Source: Octopus bimaculoides
Lineage: Eukaryota
Assembly: GCF_001194135.2 (NCBI RefSeq)
Contig: NC_068984.1
Span: forward strand, 44,386,959-44,429,395
DNA length: 42,437 nucleotides
Direction of reading: 5' to 3'
Of this stretch, positions 24,730-35,420 are shown one piece after another. The translations under genes and the position numbers were made by a program. Each line of letters starts with the position of its first letter. Position 1 is the stretch's first letter. Under the pieces are notes generated by a model. That model did not search any database, was not told where the DNA came from, and saw only the letters and a list, made by a program, of their open reading frames with translations.

Positions 24730-24920
24730 TTTTCATGTGGATATAGAGATGTATCCAATCACTGAAAGAACAGAGCAATCATAGAAGACACACACAACAA
24801 CAGAAACCGTTTCCTTTCAAGTAGAGAGTGTTATATCTGCCTATGTCACAAGCAGTCACATTAAAACCAATACCAACATCAGAGAGTTAAATGTATCCAA
24901 TTCAGTAAATATATATATAT
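24730..24920 (+). repeat. Short interspersed repeat family E, copy 2 (in the presumed VPS13B 3' UTR)
   Basis: Similar to 21020-21165, with a ~40 bp internal difference. Confidence 0.65.
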
Positions 24921-24995
24921 ATATTGTGCAGTATCAAATTTATCAGTCCTTCTGATATTGTATAAAGTGTTTTGCATCTCATTCTCCAGAGAAAA

Positions 24996-25292
24996 TCACA
25001 AGAGGAAACCCCGTCCAACTAACCTATTCTTTGCCATCTGAAATAAAGTCAAAAAAGTTTCTCTATAGTGTGGCTCAACCCTAAACTCAAAATAAGGAGC
25101 TGCTGTTGATTGTGTTGGGCTTGAAGCAATGCTGCTAGACTGATGATCACATACTACAGTACCACCAGCACCACTGTCAACACTACAACCAGCTCCATTA
25201 TCAACAGTGTCACTGCTAAGTCCTGGCAAAGGAATGAAACCTGGTGTGCTATCAAGGAAGGCTGTCACTCGGTCTTTGTTTGGGTGTTGATC
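24996..25292 (-). CDS. VPS13B: VPS13B, last coding exon
   Basis: Acceptor CTCTGTGTCCCTTTGTTTTCAG|GAT, phase 0. DQHPNKDRVTAFL...YFEFRVEPHYRETFLTLFQMAKNRLVGRGFLL* matches the recalled human C-terminus (QYNRLVDYI...YHYLVDPHFAQVFLSKFTMVKNKALRKGFP*). Confidence 0.9.
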   Translation of the reverse strand, partial: DQHPNKDRVTAFLDSTPGFIPLPGLSSDTVDNGAGCSVDSGAGGTVVCDHQSSSIASSPTQSTAAPYFEFRVEPHYRETFLTLFQMAKNRLVGRGFLL

Positions 25293-25460
25293 CTGAAAAC
25301 AAAGGGACACAGAGAGAGAGAATTAAACATTTCATAATAAAAGGGAGTCAAAATTATGACTTATATAAAGAGAATACAAAGCTGATATCAAGTCAACATA
25401 TAAATGCAATATGTGTGAAAAGGCTTTTGAATGCAATATTATAAAACAATAAAACAGTTA

Positions 25461-25780
25461 GGCGTAGGAGTGGCTGTGTGGTAAGTAGCTTGCTTCCGGG
25501 TTCAGTCCCACTGCCTTCTACTATAGCCTCGGGCCAACCAAAGCCTTGTGAGTGGATTTGGTAGACGGAAACTGAAAGAAGCCTGTCGTATATATGTGTA
25601 TCTGTGTTTGTCCCCCTAACATCGCTTGACAACCGATGCTGGTATTTACGTCCCCGTAAATTAGTGGTTCGGCAAAAGAGACCGATAGAATAAGTACTAG
25701 GGTCGATTTACTCGACTAAAGGTGGTGCTCCAGCATGACCACAGTCAAATGACTGAAACAAGTAAAAGAGAGAGTAAAGA
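25461..25780 (+). mobile_element. SINE family A in the last VPS13B intron (antisense to the gene)
   Basis: Full head GGCGTAGGAGTGGCTGTGTGGTAAG and tail GACTGAAACAAGTAAAAGAG, with small internal deletions. TSD-like AAACAGTTA (25452-25460) / AAAGAGTTA (25776-25784). Confidence 0.9.
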
Positions 25781-25785
25781 GTTAC

Positions 25786-26107
25786 CTTGAAGCTCATCTG
25801 TTTTGTCTGATCTTGCCATACAAAGGAAAGGACACAAGAGTCCTCCTCTAAGTCTTCCATACTAGTAGTAGCAGCAATAGCACCAGCTGCTGCTGAACTA
25901 TTGCCACGCAAGTTGGTGGCAGCAGGACACTCTATCTCAGCAAGGGCAAATGTCTGAAGAGACATGTCTTCTTCACAATCATAAACAAACAGCAGTTCGG
26001 GGGTCAGCAGAAGGACAACTTTAGAGCCTAATCCAGCAAAGTCAAACTGTACAACATCAACAGCCATCAATAGAGTTGCTACTGGCATCACAGACTGCAG
26101 TGTTTTG
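25786..26107 (-). CDS. VPS13B: VPS13B, penultimate coding exon (C-terminal PH-like region)
   Basis: Acceptor TTTTCTCTATTATTTCCTCAG|C and donor AAG|GTAAC; 322 nt, phase 2 to phase 0. KTLQSVMPVATLLMAVDVV...LLLTPELLFVYDCEEDMSLQTFALAEIEC matches recalled human KMLQSL...MALDVV...LLLTSEVLFVVSVSEDTQQQAFPVTEIDC. Confidence 0.9.
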
Positions 26108-26785
26108 CTGAGGAAATAATAGAGAAAAGCAATTCAGAAATATAATTCCTTATATCATTCACAGACAGCAGGAAGCCATAAATATCACAATACTTTTTTC
26201 ATTTTTTTTTTTTTTTTCAAAATCTGTTATATCAGTATGTAGTAAGCAGCACAGAACACAAGAGAAAAACTCTGGATAAACTGACACCATAACTGTTTCA
26301 ATTCCCAGCCGAAGATATTTCACTTAGAGCTCTACTGACATTCAAAAAAGGTATGAGCATCAATATGTCCCACTTTTTCTCTCATAAATCTATGGAGGAG
26401 TCTGGTAACTCGTCAAAACGAACTAATATTTATTATATCCCAGCAGTGACATCTAAAGAACTATCTGGCAAGCCAAACTCACAACCTGGAATTGATTTGT
26501 GACCGAAGCCACATCACTTCACTTACACCATTAATGTTTAGAGAAAGCCAGAAGCATCCTATTTCTCCTCTCCCCCTGTAAAATCTACTTCCTTATGTCA
26601 TGTCAAAAATAAATCAATATTTCTCATGTCAGTTTTTATGTTTGGTGTATGTTGCAAGGTTCTACTTCTTTTGGATTTTTGTCAGAGTAAGAAATTTTAC
26701 TTCTTAACCATTTCATGACCAGGAAGCAGTCATACAAGAATACTTTTTCGATAAGGTATGCACAGTTAAGTCAATGAGAGCTGCT

Positions 26786-27110
26786 AAGTAATCACTTGAC
26801 TTGGTGGAAATAGCAACTTAAACTGACCTCGAATCCTACCATACCAACTTAGAAAAGCAGGACATATTGGAAATGTTGTCTTAGATGGGATGGTCATAGT
26901 TGGGACACCTCTGAACATAGGTGTCCCAGGGTTGACCAAAAGCTAAACATCAACAAAATAGACAGATGCAGTCAATGTTGTGCTTAGAAAGCCAAGTAAA
27001 GACAGTCACCAAAACTAGTCCGTCATGAAAGATTGTGGTTATTCAAGGTGTTAGAAATAGCAGCCAAATCTCTCTCAAACGACATCCTACTATCTTAAAA
27101 AAGAAACGAC
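26786..27110 (+). repeat. Short interspersed repeat family D (two copies, about 26786-26870 and 27050-27110)
   Basis: CACTTGAC...GAAATAGCA and AGAAATAGCAGCCAAATCTCTCTCAAA...CTAC...TTAAAAAAG; shared with 31998, 33328, 36580, 37039 and 37470. Confidence 0.6.
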
Positions 27111-27983
27111 ACATTGCAAAATGTAATCTTAGATATACTATGTCTGAAGTAAACACATAAACAGTTGGAATGCTTTTGACTATACGACTGACCAAGAGCT
27201 AAACAATAAAAACCACACACACACATACACAGAATAATGATTTCTTTTTTTTTTTTTTTAACACCTATTCAAGCTAAGTTTGAATAAAGCAGTATTTACA
27301 ACACAAGAACGATATTCTGAATGGAACACAGATAATTGTTCAACAAAATTTTCCTGAGGCTCAGTCCTCATGACCTGGCTCTTCCTGGAAGTTTCAGATC
27401 AAATATCAATTTAAGTTAAATCTATTCAGTCACTTCGAACTGCAACAATGAACTTCTATTTGGGCAAGCACAACAACAATAACAACAACATATTCAAGCT
27501 ATAATAGTGGCAGCATCAGCTAATTCACAAGCACCCAAATTTTGTGCAGGGTTAGCAATCACTTCTAGCAGTCTCCTAGGAACTAGAACAGCTCTACAGT
27601 GAACTGGTTCCATCCCACGCATGTATTTTAAAGTCACCACTAACATAGTCTTAGCCATAATGGCTTCAAAAACAAAAAACTAAAGAACAACTGTGACATG
27701 GTTTTACTATGGCCTGGTATTTCATGTAGCAATTTATTGAACTATATAATGTACAGTGTGGTTTTCAGATCAAATTAAGCTGATATATCTAAGAGGAGAA
27801 AAATTATTTGTTTTACTTATTTTCATGCACAATTTCACTTCTCAAAAACACCACAGGGTTAAGAAAGTCTTTTTGGTCTTGTCCTTGATAAGACAGCTTC
27901 TCTGCTATAAAATGTACCACATACAACCTTTTGAACTGGATGGTATCAAGAAGGGAAAACCAGGCATACAAACTATACCAAAA

Positions 27984-28407
27984 ATCAAAATGTGCGTGAG
28001 AAGACCCGGCAAGCCAAGTAAGATCGTTGCCAGTGCCCCTGGACTGGTTCTTGTGCGGGTGGCACATGAGATGCACCATTTTGAGCGTGGCCGTTGCCAG
28101 TACCGCCTGACTGGCTCCTGTAGGATTTTCGAGCGAGATCGTTGCCAGTGCCCCTGGACTGGCTTGTGCGGGTGGCACATAAAAGACACCATTTCGAGCG
28201 TGGCCGTTTTCGTGCGGGTGACACGTAAAAGCACCCACTACACTCTCTGAGTGGTTGGCGTTAGGAAGGGCATCCAGCTGTAGAAACTCTGCCAAATCAG
28301 ACTGGAGCCTGGTGTTGCCATCCGGTTTCACCAGTCCTCAGTCAAATCGTCCAACCCATGCTAGCATGGAAAGCGGACGTTAAACGATGATGATGATGAT
28401 GATGATG
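27984..28407 (+). mobile_element. Young RTE-tail short retroelement, family B, ending in (GAT)n
   Basis: Internal tandem GTTGCCAGT subunits. 3' end CATGCTAGCATGGAAAGCGGACGTTAAACGATGATGAT is nearly identical to the reverse complement of 42222-42437. Confidence 0.85.
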
Positions 28408-28560
28408 AGCAAGAAGTGGGTTCTCCAGTCTGTTTAGAAGAGCAGTGATTTCAAATAAGAACTGAATTGGGTCATGATAACCTTTATGATCCATACCAGC
28501 ATGGGAAGTGAACATGTCATGATGATAAAAATGACAACAATGATGATGATGAGCAAATGA
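28408..28560 (+). mobile_element. Older relative of family B (3' part; probable 5' part at about 27930-27983)
   Basis: CCATACCAGCATGGGAAGTGAACATG...GATGATGATGA is a diverged form of the family B tail. TCAAGAAGGGAAAACCAGGCATACAAACTATACCAAAA resembles TTAGGAAGGGCATCCAGCTGTAGAAACTCTGCCAAA. Confidence 0.5.
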
Positions 28561-28995
28561 TGAAATTTCATTTGTCTTGACCTGATAGAAATAGATACCA
28601 ATTCTTGCTCAAAGAAACTTTATTATTTTTATATATAAAAAAAAAAGGACACACTAGACAGTTTAGTCCTAAATACAATGTCTGAAAATAAGAGGCATAG
28701 TCATGGCTGGAATGTTTTGATCACAATCTTACTGACACAGAGCTCAGCCAGGGTTAAATAACAAACATAGCAACAAGACAAACACAGCAACAAGTGTAGG
28801 TGATCTCAATACATTTGCATACTACTATGAGCAATATTTGCAGCTTTACTTTAATGAAAAACAGAGAAAAGAAGCAACACTAGCACAACACATACATATA
28901 ATCCGTGATAGAAGAATAATCTACATGATATCTGAAACCTAACAAATTAGCTTATGTAAGGAGATACAAACATAAACTGAAAACAGAAATGTGTC

Positions 28996-29106
<111 letters not shown>

Positions 29107-29539
29107 ATAAGTATATATATATAACATCAGAATGAAATAGTTGAATTTTATAGAAGAACATAAGAATAAACAAGCAGACTATAAAAATAATAAAAAAAGA
29201 AACCTTGTAAAATACAAATAATGAAAAGCTGTCCAAAATAGGAAACAGGAATAAAAGAAGAATAAAAAAAAACATAAACAAGCCTAAGAAAAATGATTAC
29301 AAAACAGCAGAAAATGATAAAAGTAACTAATTATGAAAGAATTAAGGCAACAGATCTTCCTGTAGACAAATAGAATAATCTTCCTCAAAGATAAAACCTG
29401 ATGATATTATGATAGTGAATTCTTTAATTTGACACAGGGCTACATATTTCTGGGAAACGAATATAACCAATAGCTACGATCTTAATGTCTTGCTTTTATT
29501 TTCTCAACTCCATTGGAATTAGAAAAGAAAAACTCACAT

Positions 29540-29830
29540 CATTATTATCATCATCATTGTCTAATGTTCACATTCCATGCAGGCATGGGTTAGATAGTTT
29601 GACGGGAGTCGGCCAGGTAGAAGACTGCCCTAGGCTCTTGTATCTGTTTTAGCTGGGTTTTTATGGCAAGTTGCCCTTTCTAACATCAACTACTTTGCAG
29701 CGTGGACTGAGTGCTTTTTACATGGCACCAGCACAGGAGAGGTCAGTTTTGGTATGGTTTTCTAAATGCCAATAACATTACAGTGTGGACTGGACGCTTT
29801 TTATGTGGCACCAGCTCTGGCAGGGTCACC
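29540..29830 (-). mobile_element. Older family-B-related RTE-tail repeat
   Basis: (CAT)n then TTCCATGCAGGCATGGGTTAGA...GCCCTTTCTAAC...GCTTTTTACATGGCACC parallels the reverse complement of family B. Confidence 0.6.
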
Positions 29831-29959
29831 AAGTAACTTGTAAGACAAGGAATTTTGAGAGGGGAGGGGACATTGGAGGAAGGGATCTTGTGTCAGATGA
29901 TGAAATAATAACAATTATAATGATGGTTTTGAATTCTGGCACAATGCCAGCAATTTTGA

Positions 29960-30125
29960 GGGGTGGAAATAAGTTGATACTTCAATCCTGTTTCTCAACT
30001 GGTACTTTATCAACCCCAAAAGGATGAAAGGCAAAGTGGAATTTGAACCAAGAGCATAGAGAGTCAGAAGAAATGCTGCTAAGCAGTTTGTCTAAAGCAC
30101 AAACAGGTTGGCCAGCTTGCTATCT
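29960..30125 (-). mobile_element. SINE family C
   Basis: CAACTGGTACTTTATCAACCCCAAAGGATGAAAGGCAAAG...AATTTGAAC...AAGCAGTTTGTC. Confidence 0.75.
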
Positions 30126-30379
30126 CAATCCTTTAGCATTTCAACCAACCATAATCAGCCCAAATATTCTACCCACACTGGCTAGATTTGGTCTCTCACA
30201 CCTACCCTTCAATGACCTTCTAAAAATAAATAATTTTTAATCTATCATAAATTTTGATGTTGAGATAATATATGATTAATTCAAATTGTTTGAATAAATG
30301 AGTTTGACATTTGATATGATAATCTGAAAATGAAAGGGTTAATAAAATATAATTACAACAATAATAACAACAACAATAA

Positions 30380-30640
30380 TATGGGAGAAAGAGAAGCAGA
30401 CTGGATGCGATGATTGAAAGTGGGAAATAAAAAGTATGGTCACTGAAGAAGGCAAATGCTATATCTGATGTTGTTGGGGCCTTGGGTACTTTTAAGTATG
30501 AAGCTTACAAACTGGATTGGAAAGATAGGGGTAAATGTGAAGATAAAGCATTAACAAAAAACAGAGTTGTTCGGAACTGCACAAATTCTCTACAGAATCG
30601 TTGAAATCTTAATGAAGAATGCTACCTTAATCCACTAATT
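30380..30640 (+). mobile_element. R4/Dong-like LINE 3' end (restriction-like endonuclease tail)
   Basis: KWEIKSMVT / DVVGALGTF...NWIGKIGVNV...QKTELFGTAQIL (cf. PVVIGALG...LQKxxLLGTARIL). Confidence 0.65.
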
Positions 30641-30704
30641 ACAGAAAGCTCACACCTTGTAAAATTCTCCCGCAAAGTTGCTGTTAAACAACAAATAACA
30701 ACAA

Positions 30705-30925
30705 TAGTGGTTTCAAATTTTGGTGCAAAGCCAGCAACTTTTGTGAGGAAGGAATTAGTTGACATCAGCTACCTGAGTATTTGAGTGGTTCTCTATTTTA
30801 TTGACCCAGGAGGGATGAAAGGTAAAACTGACCTCAGTGGGATTTGAACTCAGAATGTAAAAGGATGAAAGAAATGTGATAAGGCATGGTGTCTGCTCTA
30901 ATGAATCATCCAGCTCACTGTTCAA
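30705..30925 (-). mobile_element. SINE family C
   Basis: GGTTTCAAATTTTGGTGCAAAGCCAGCAA...GGATGAAAGGTAAAACTGACCTCAGTGGGATTTGAACTCAG. Confidence 0.8.
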
Positions 30926-30934
30926 ATAATAATA

Positions 30935-31300
30935 ATCATCATCATCATCGTTTAACGTCCACTTTCCATGCTAGCATGTGTTGGACGATTTGACTGAGGA
31001 CTGGTGAAACCGGATGGCAACACCAGGCTCCAATCTGATTTGGCAGTTTCTACAGCTGGATGCCCTTTCTAACGCCAACCACTCAGAGAGTGTAGTGGGT
31101 GCTTTTACGTGTCACCCGCACGAAGGCCAGTCAGGCAGTACTGGCAACGGCCATGCTCAAAATGGTGTATTTTATGTGCCACCCGCACAAGAGCCAGTCC
31201 AGGGGCACTGGCAACGATCTCGCTCGAAAATCCTACGAAGGCCAGTCAGACGGTACTGGCAACGGCCACGCTCAAAATGGTGTATTTTATGTGCCACCCA
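30935..31300 (-). mobile_element. Family B copy
   Basis: (CAT)n CGTTTAACGTCCACTTTCCATGCTAGC...; high identity to the reverse complement of 27984-28407. Confidence 0.9.
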
Positions 31301-31324
31301 ATAATAATAATAATAACAGTATTG

Positions 31325-31500
31325 GTTCCTAAGTTAAGTACAAAGCTAGCAATTTGGAGGAATGGGAATTAGTCAATACTATCAACCCAGTATTAGACTG
31401 GTACTTTATTTCATCAACTTCCAAAGGATGAAAGGCAAGGTTGATCATGAAGGGATTTGAATTTCAGAAATGTAAGAAGCCAGAACAAATACTGCAAGGC
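31325..31500 (-). mobile_element. SINE family C
   Basis: ACCCAGTATTAGACTGGTACTTTATT...AAAGGATGAAAGGCAAGGTTGA...GGGATTTGAATTTCAG. Confidence 0.75.
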
Positions 31501-31539
31501 ATATTATCTGATGGACCTCTGTGAATTCACCCAATAATA

Positions 31540-31680
31540 ATGTTAACAATTTATCTCTGAATGAAATCAAGAAATTATCCAACTATAACAACCTGCAAAT
31601 AGAGATAATGAGATTATGAGGTTTTGATAACAGAAACATTCCCCATAGTAATAGGTGTCTTGGGAGTGTTTAAAAAAAAA
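31540..31680 (+). mobile_element. R4/Dong-like LINE 3' fragment
   Basis: KLSNYNNLQIEIMRL*G...TETFPIVIGVLG (cf. EKLSKYKDLxIEIxRMW...IPIVIGALG). Confidence 0.6.
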
Positions 31681-32236
31681 TCATGCAAGCAATTATATAA
31701 GCAAAACCACAAGATTTTTAAACATGGTTGCAACAGCCAGAGAAACACTGCTACCAGGCACTGTATACATATTATGTAATTTTTAATACATTAGCCAAAA
31801 TACGAAAATGAAACAGATCAATGCATGCATACACAAAATTGCACATGATTATGCAGTGGAAATGATTACAATAAAAATAAAACTATTGAATATAAAATTT
31901 ATGATGAAAATAAACTGAATGTGGCATGTCAAGGTTATCCTGGTCGAACTGATGTGAACATTCATCCTATTAGAGTTAAACAACTACATTATGAAGTAAG
32001 TCTCTTGACCAGCTAGAAATAGTAGCCAAATCACCCTTGCTTCACACCAAACTATGTTATACAAAGGAAGATCTCATGGTTGTGTGGTTAAGACACAAGG
32101 TTTTCCTCTTTCAGACCAGAAAATAATTCAGCTCTGTTTATTTGCTGGCTCTTTACAAAGCTCAAATGAGACCCACAATGAAATATAGTCTTCATATCTG
32201 TAATAGGGATGTTGTTATAAAAACAAAAGTGTCCTA

Positions 32237-32440
32237 TACTCTTTTACTTGTTTCAGTCATTTAACTGTAGTCATACTGGAGCACCACCTTTAATCGAGCA
32301 AATCGACCCCAGGACTTATTATTTGTAAGCCTAGTACTTATTCTATCAGACCCTTTTGCTGAACTGCTAAGTTACGAGGATGTAAACACACCACCATTGC
32401 TTGTCAAGCGATGTTGTGGGGGGGGGGGACAAACACAAAT

Positions 32441-32477
<37 letters not shown>

Positions 32478-32642
32478 CGACAGGCTTCTTTCAGTTCCCG
32501 TCTACCAAATCCACTCACAAGGCCTTGGTCAGCCCGAGGCTAGAGTAGAAGACACTTGCCCAAGATGCCACGCAGTGGGACTAAACCTGGAACCTTGTGG
32601 TTGGTAAGCAAGCTACTTACCACACAGCCACTCATACGCCTA
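32237..32642 (-). mobile_element. SINE family A, full length
   Basis: Reverse complement of family A from head (TAGGCGTATGAGTGGCTGTGTGG) to tail (GACTGAAACAAGTAAAAGAGTA), with an internal (TA)n tract. Confidence 0.9.
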
Positions 32643-33371
32643 TGTTTCATCTAAAAGAAGATGCTCAGGTTGATTGACAAGGACTCACTTTACCAACATA
32701 CTATAATTTCTAGCATACTAGTGTGTTATCTCCTCATTCTTTCTCTTCTACTGCTACCACAACAGTCACTGCTTCTTTAGAGCTTGATATCTATATACCA
32801 CATCAACCCAAGTCCACTTAACCCATTACCTACCAGTGATCTCATATGAGATCACTTAAAAATTACAAATTTCATAATTATCTGTCAATATTTACACATA
32901 TCTAACCTTTTTGTTAAATCTACTAGGTATATTTCTCTGATATTCAAATGAGGTTTGCTAATTTTTCACCCAATATCTCGCTTATTTCTATTTAAAATGT
33001 TATTTTGATCATTCCAGCATGTTTCTAAGGCTGTTTTATGCTAGAAATCAAAGTTTCATAAAAAAAATTCCAGTTAATAGAATTATGGGAGGTAATGGGT
33101 TAAAACACAGTTGTTGTTCCCTCTCCTCTCATTACACATTGTGTATCTTTCCTCCCAAGCCCTGAACTAACTATAACACTTAAGCATCCATTCTTCCTGG
33201 ACTGTCAAGCCACTGAAAATTCTCATCTACCAAGATTTTCTTTCAGACAGCCATCAATTTACTGATGATCATAGGTCTGCTCAGTCAGAGCTGATGGCGA
33301 GCTACACAACAACTAAATGAAACTTTGAGCCAAATCTCCCTCAAATAACATACTACCATTTTGAAAAAAAA

Positions 33372-33745
33372 AAGGAGTGGCTGTGCGGTAAGTAGCTTGC
33401 TTACCAACCACATGGTCCCGGGTTCAGTCCCACTGCATGGCATCTTGGGCAAGTGTCTTCTACTATAGCCTCGGGCCGACCAAAGCCTTGTGAGTGGATT
33501 TGGTAGACGGAAACTGAAAGAAGCCTGTCATATATATGTATATATATATGTATGTGTGTATGTGTTTGTATGTCTGTTTGTCCCCCCCAACATCGCTTGA
33601 CAACCGATGCTGGTGTGTTTATGTCCCTGTAACTTAGCGGTCCGGCAAAAGAGACCGATAGAATAAGTACTAGGCTTCCAAAGAATAAGTCCTGGAGTCG
33701 ATTTGCTCGACTAAAGGCGGTGCTCCAGCATGGCCACAGTCAAAA
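33372..33745 (+). mobile_element. SINE family A; tail runs into the gap
   Basis: AGGAGTGGCTGTGCGGTAAGTAGCTTGC...GGTGCTCCAGCATGGCCACAGTCAAA then N. Confidence 0.9.
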
Positions 33746-34261
33746 NNNNNNNNNNNNNNNNNNNNNNNNNNNNNNNNNNNNNNNNNNNNNNNNNNNNNNN
33801 NNNNNNNNNNNNNNNNNNNNNNNNNNNNNNNNNNNNNNNNNNNNNNNNNNNNNNNNNNNNNNNNNNNNNNNNNNNNNNNNNNNNNNNNNNNNNNNNNNNN
33901 NNNNNNNNNNNNNNNNNNNNNNNNNNNNNNNNNNNNNNNNNNNNNNNNNNNNNNNNNNNNNNNNNNNNNNNNNNNNNNNNNNNNNNNNNNNNNNNNNNNN
34001 NNNNNNNNNNNNNNNNNNNNNNNNNNNNNNNNNNNNNNNNNNNNNNNNNNNNNNNNNNNNNNNNNNNNNNNNNNNNNNNNNNNNNNNNNNNNNNNNNNNN
34101 NNNNNNNNNNNNNNNNNNNNNNNNNNNNNNNNNNNNNNNNNNNNNNNNNNNNNNNNNNNNNNNNNNNNNNNNNNNNNNNNNNNNNNNNNNNNNNNNNNNN
34201 NNNNNNNNNNNNNNNNNNNNNNNNNNNNNNNNNNNNNNNNNNNNNNNNNNNNNNNNNNNNN
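33746..34261. other. Assembly gap
   Basis: Run of N flanked by a SINE tail and a (TA)n tract. Confidence 1.
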
Positions 34262-34859
34262 TATATATATATATATATCTTGAAAATGAAAATGCCGCTT
34301 TTTTAAAACATTTTTTGGGTGTTTTAATTAATTTACATGTTTCGGTTTTTTTGAAAAACCCTATCAAAAATGAATATAAAATATGTGAGAAGAGAAAAGA
34401 GCTATTAATAAAATAAAATTGAAATTAAAATTAAGAATGACATTCATAGTTTACTGTTATTTCTTGCATGCGCACATGGTCCTTTCCTTGAACATGGTAA
34501 TTCCAACTGGTTAGAATTTGTTTTGAGGTTTGAAAATGCACCTGAACCTCAAAATGTGTAGTCATTTTTAAAATTTTGTAATAGATTTATTCAAATACCA
34601 AACTGGTTTCAACAATTTTTGACTTATCAATGGTACAAATATAGGTATTAAGAGCTGAGGAGAGTTTAAACTCATTTAAATTCCTGTCACTATTTAACTA
34701 AGGTATTGTTGGGAGAATCATGAACTTGGATGATCTTCCATAGTGATATCTGGTACATAAAGAAGACAGGTTGGGCATAGGGTTAGCAGCTAGGCTATAT
34801 AAAATCTCAAAAATGAAACAGTAAGTGAATTTTCTCAAGGCACTCAAAATGAGAGAGGA

Positions 34860-35420
34860 GAAGGTGATGAAGATCATCTTGCAAAGAATTCCAATGAAAA
34901 CTATAAGGAAATGGGAGTCCCAATGTGCCAGATTTTGAGTGCTAAATCATAATGAAGGCCAAAACTAGACATTTCACCAGAACATGGAAATTGAAGAAAA
35001 GCTGGGAGAGTTTCACAGCCACCAACTAGCTTAGCTTCAAATGACTTCAATGAATTGGGAAAATGTACAAGGAAGGCAGAAATGTAACAAATTCTGATCA
35101 TAAGGAAAAGTACATTTGGGGAATTGGTATAGTATTTGGTAAAAAGACTTCCAGGGCACTCATGATTGGAAGCCAGTCAACAAGTCAATTTACATGGCAT
35201 GTTTTCATTCAAGGCAGGCAAAGATCACTATAATCCAAGTTTATGCAATGATTGAAGATGCAAATTGATCATGAAAAAGACAGCTGTATGTATCAGATAG
35301 ACACAGCCAGTGAAATTTCCACTCATGATGTCAAGAGCTACTTATTTGTGACTTCCATGCATAGATCAGCAAAAAGTGATGAAGAGCCAAGCATACATAC
35401 ATATGAAAACTGCTGGTGAG
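34860..35420 (+). mobile_element. RTE-clade LINE endonuclease fragment
   Basis: GIGIVFGKK..RAL.DWKPVNKSIYMACFHSRQAKITIIQVYAMIEDA...HDVK...CDFHA (cf. GVG...W.PVNERI..ARF....KLTIIQCYAPTNDA...GDFNA), with a frameshift. Confidence 0.7.

Noticed and set aside
28020-28210. Regularly spaced GTTGCCAGT repeats as a CRISPR-like array
   Set aside because: The intervening segments are themselves repeated, they lie within a eukaryotic retroelement, and no cas genes are present.
27756-28331. Cluster of 80-172 aa ORFs, mirrored at 31014-31372
   Set aside because: Derived from the GC-rich family B repeat; open in several frames.
32799-32829. 31-nt AG/GT segment with the right phases for the missing VPS13B exon (GNGLSGLGLMC)
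   Set aside because: No polypyrimidine tract, too short, and not similar to the expected ILHGAGL...KYVW sequence.
33711-34416. Long ORFs spanning the second N gap
   Set aside because: Artefacts of translating N as X.
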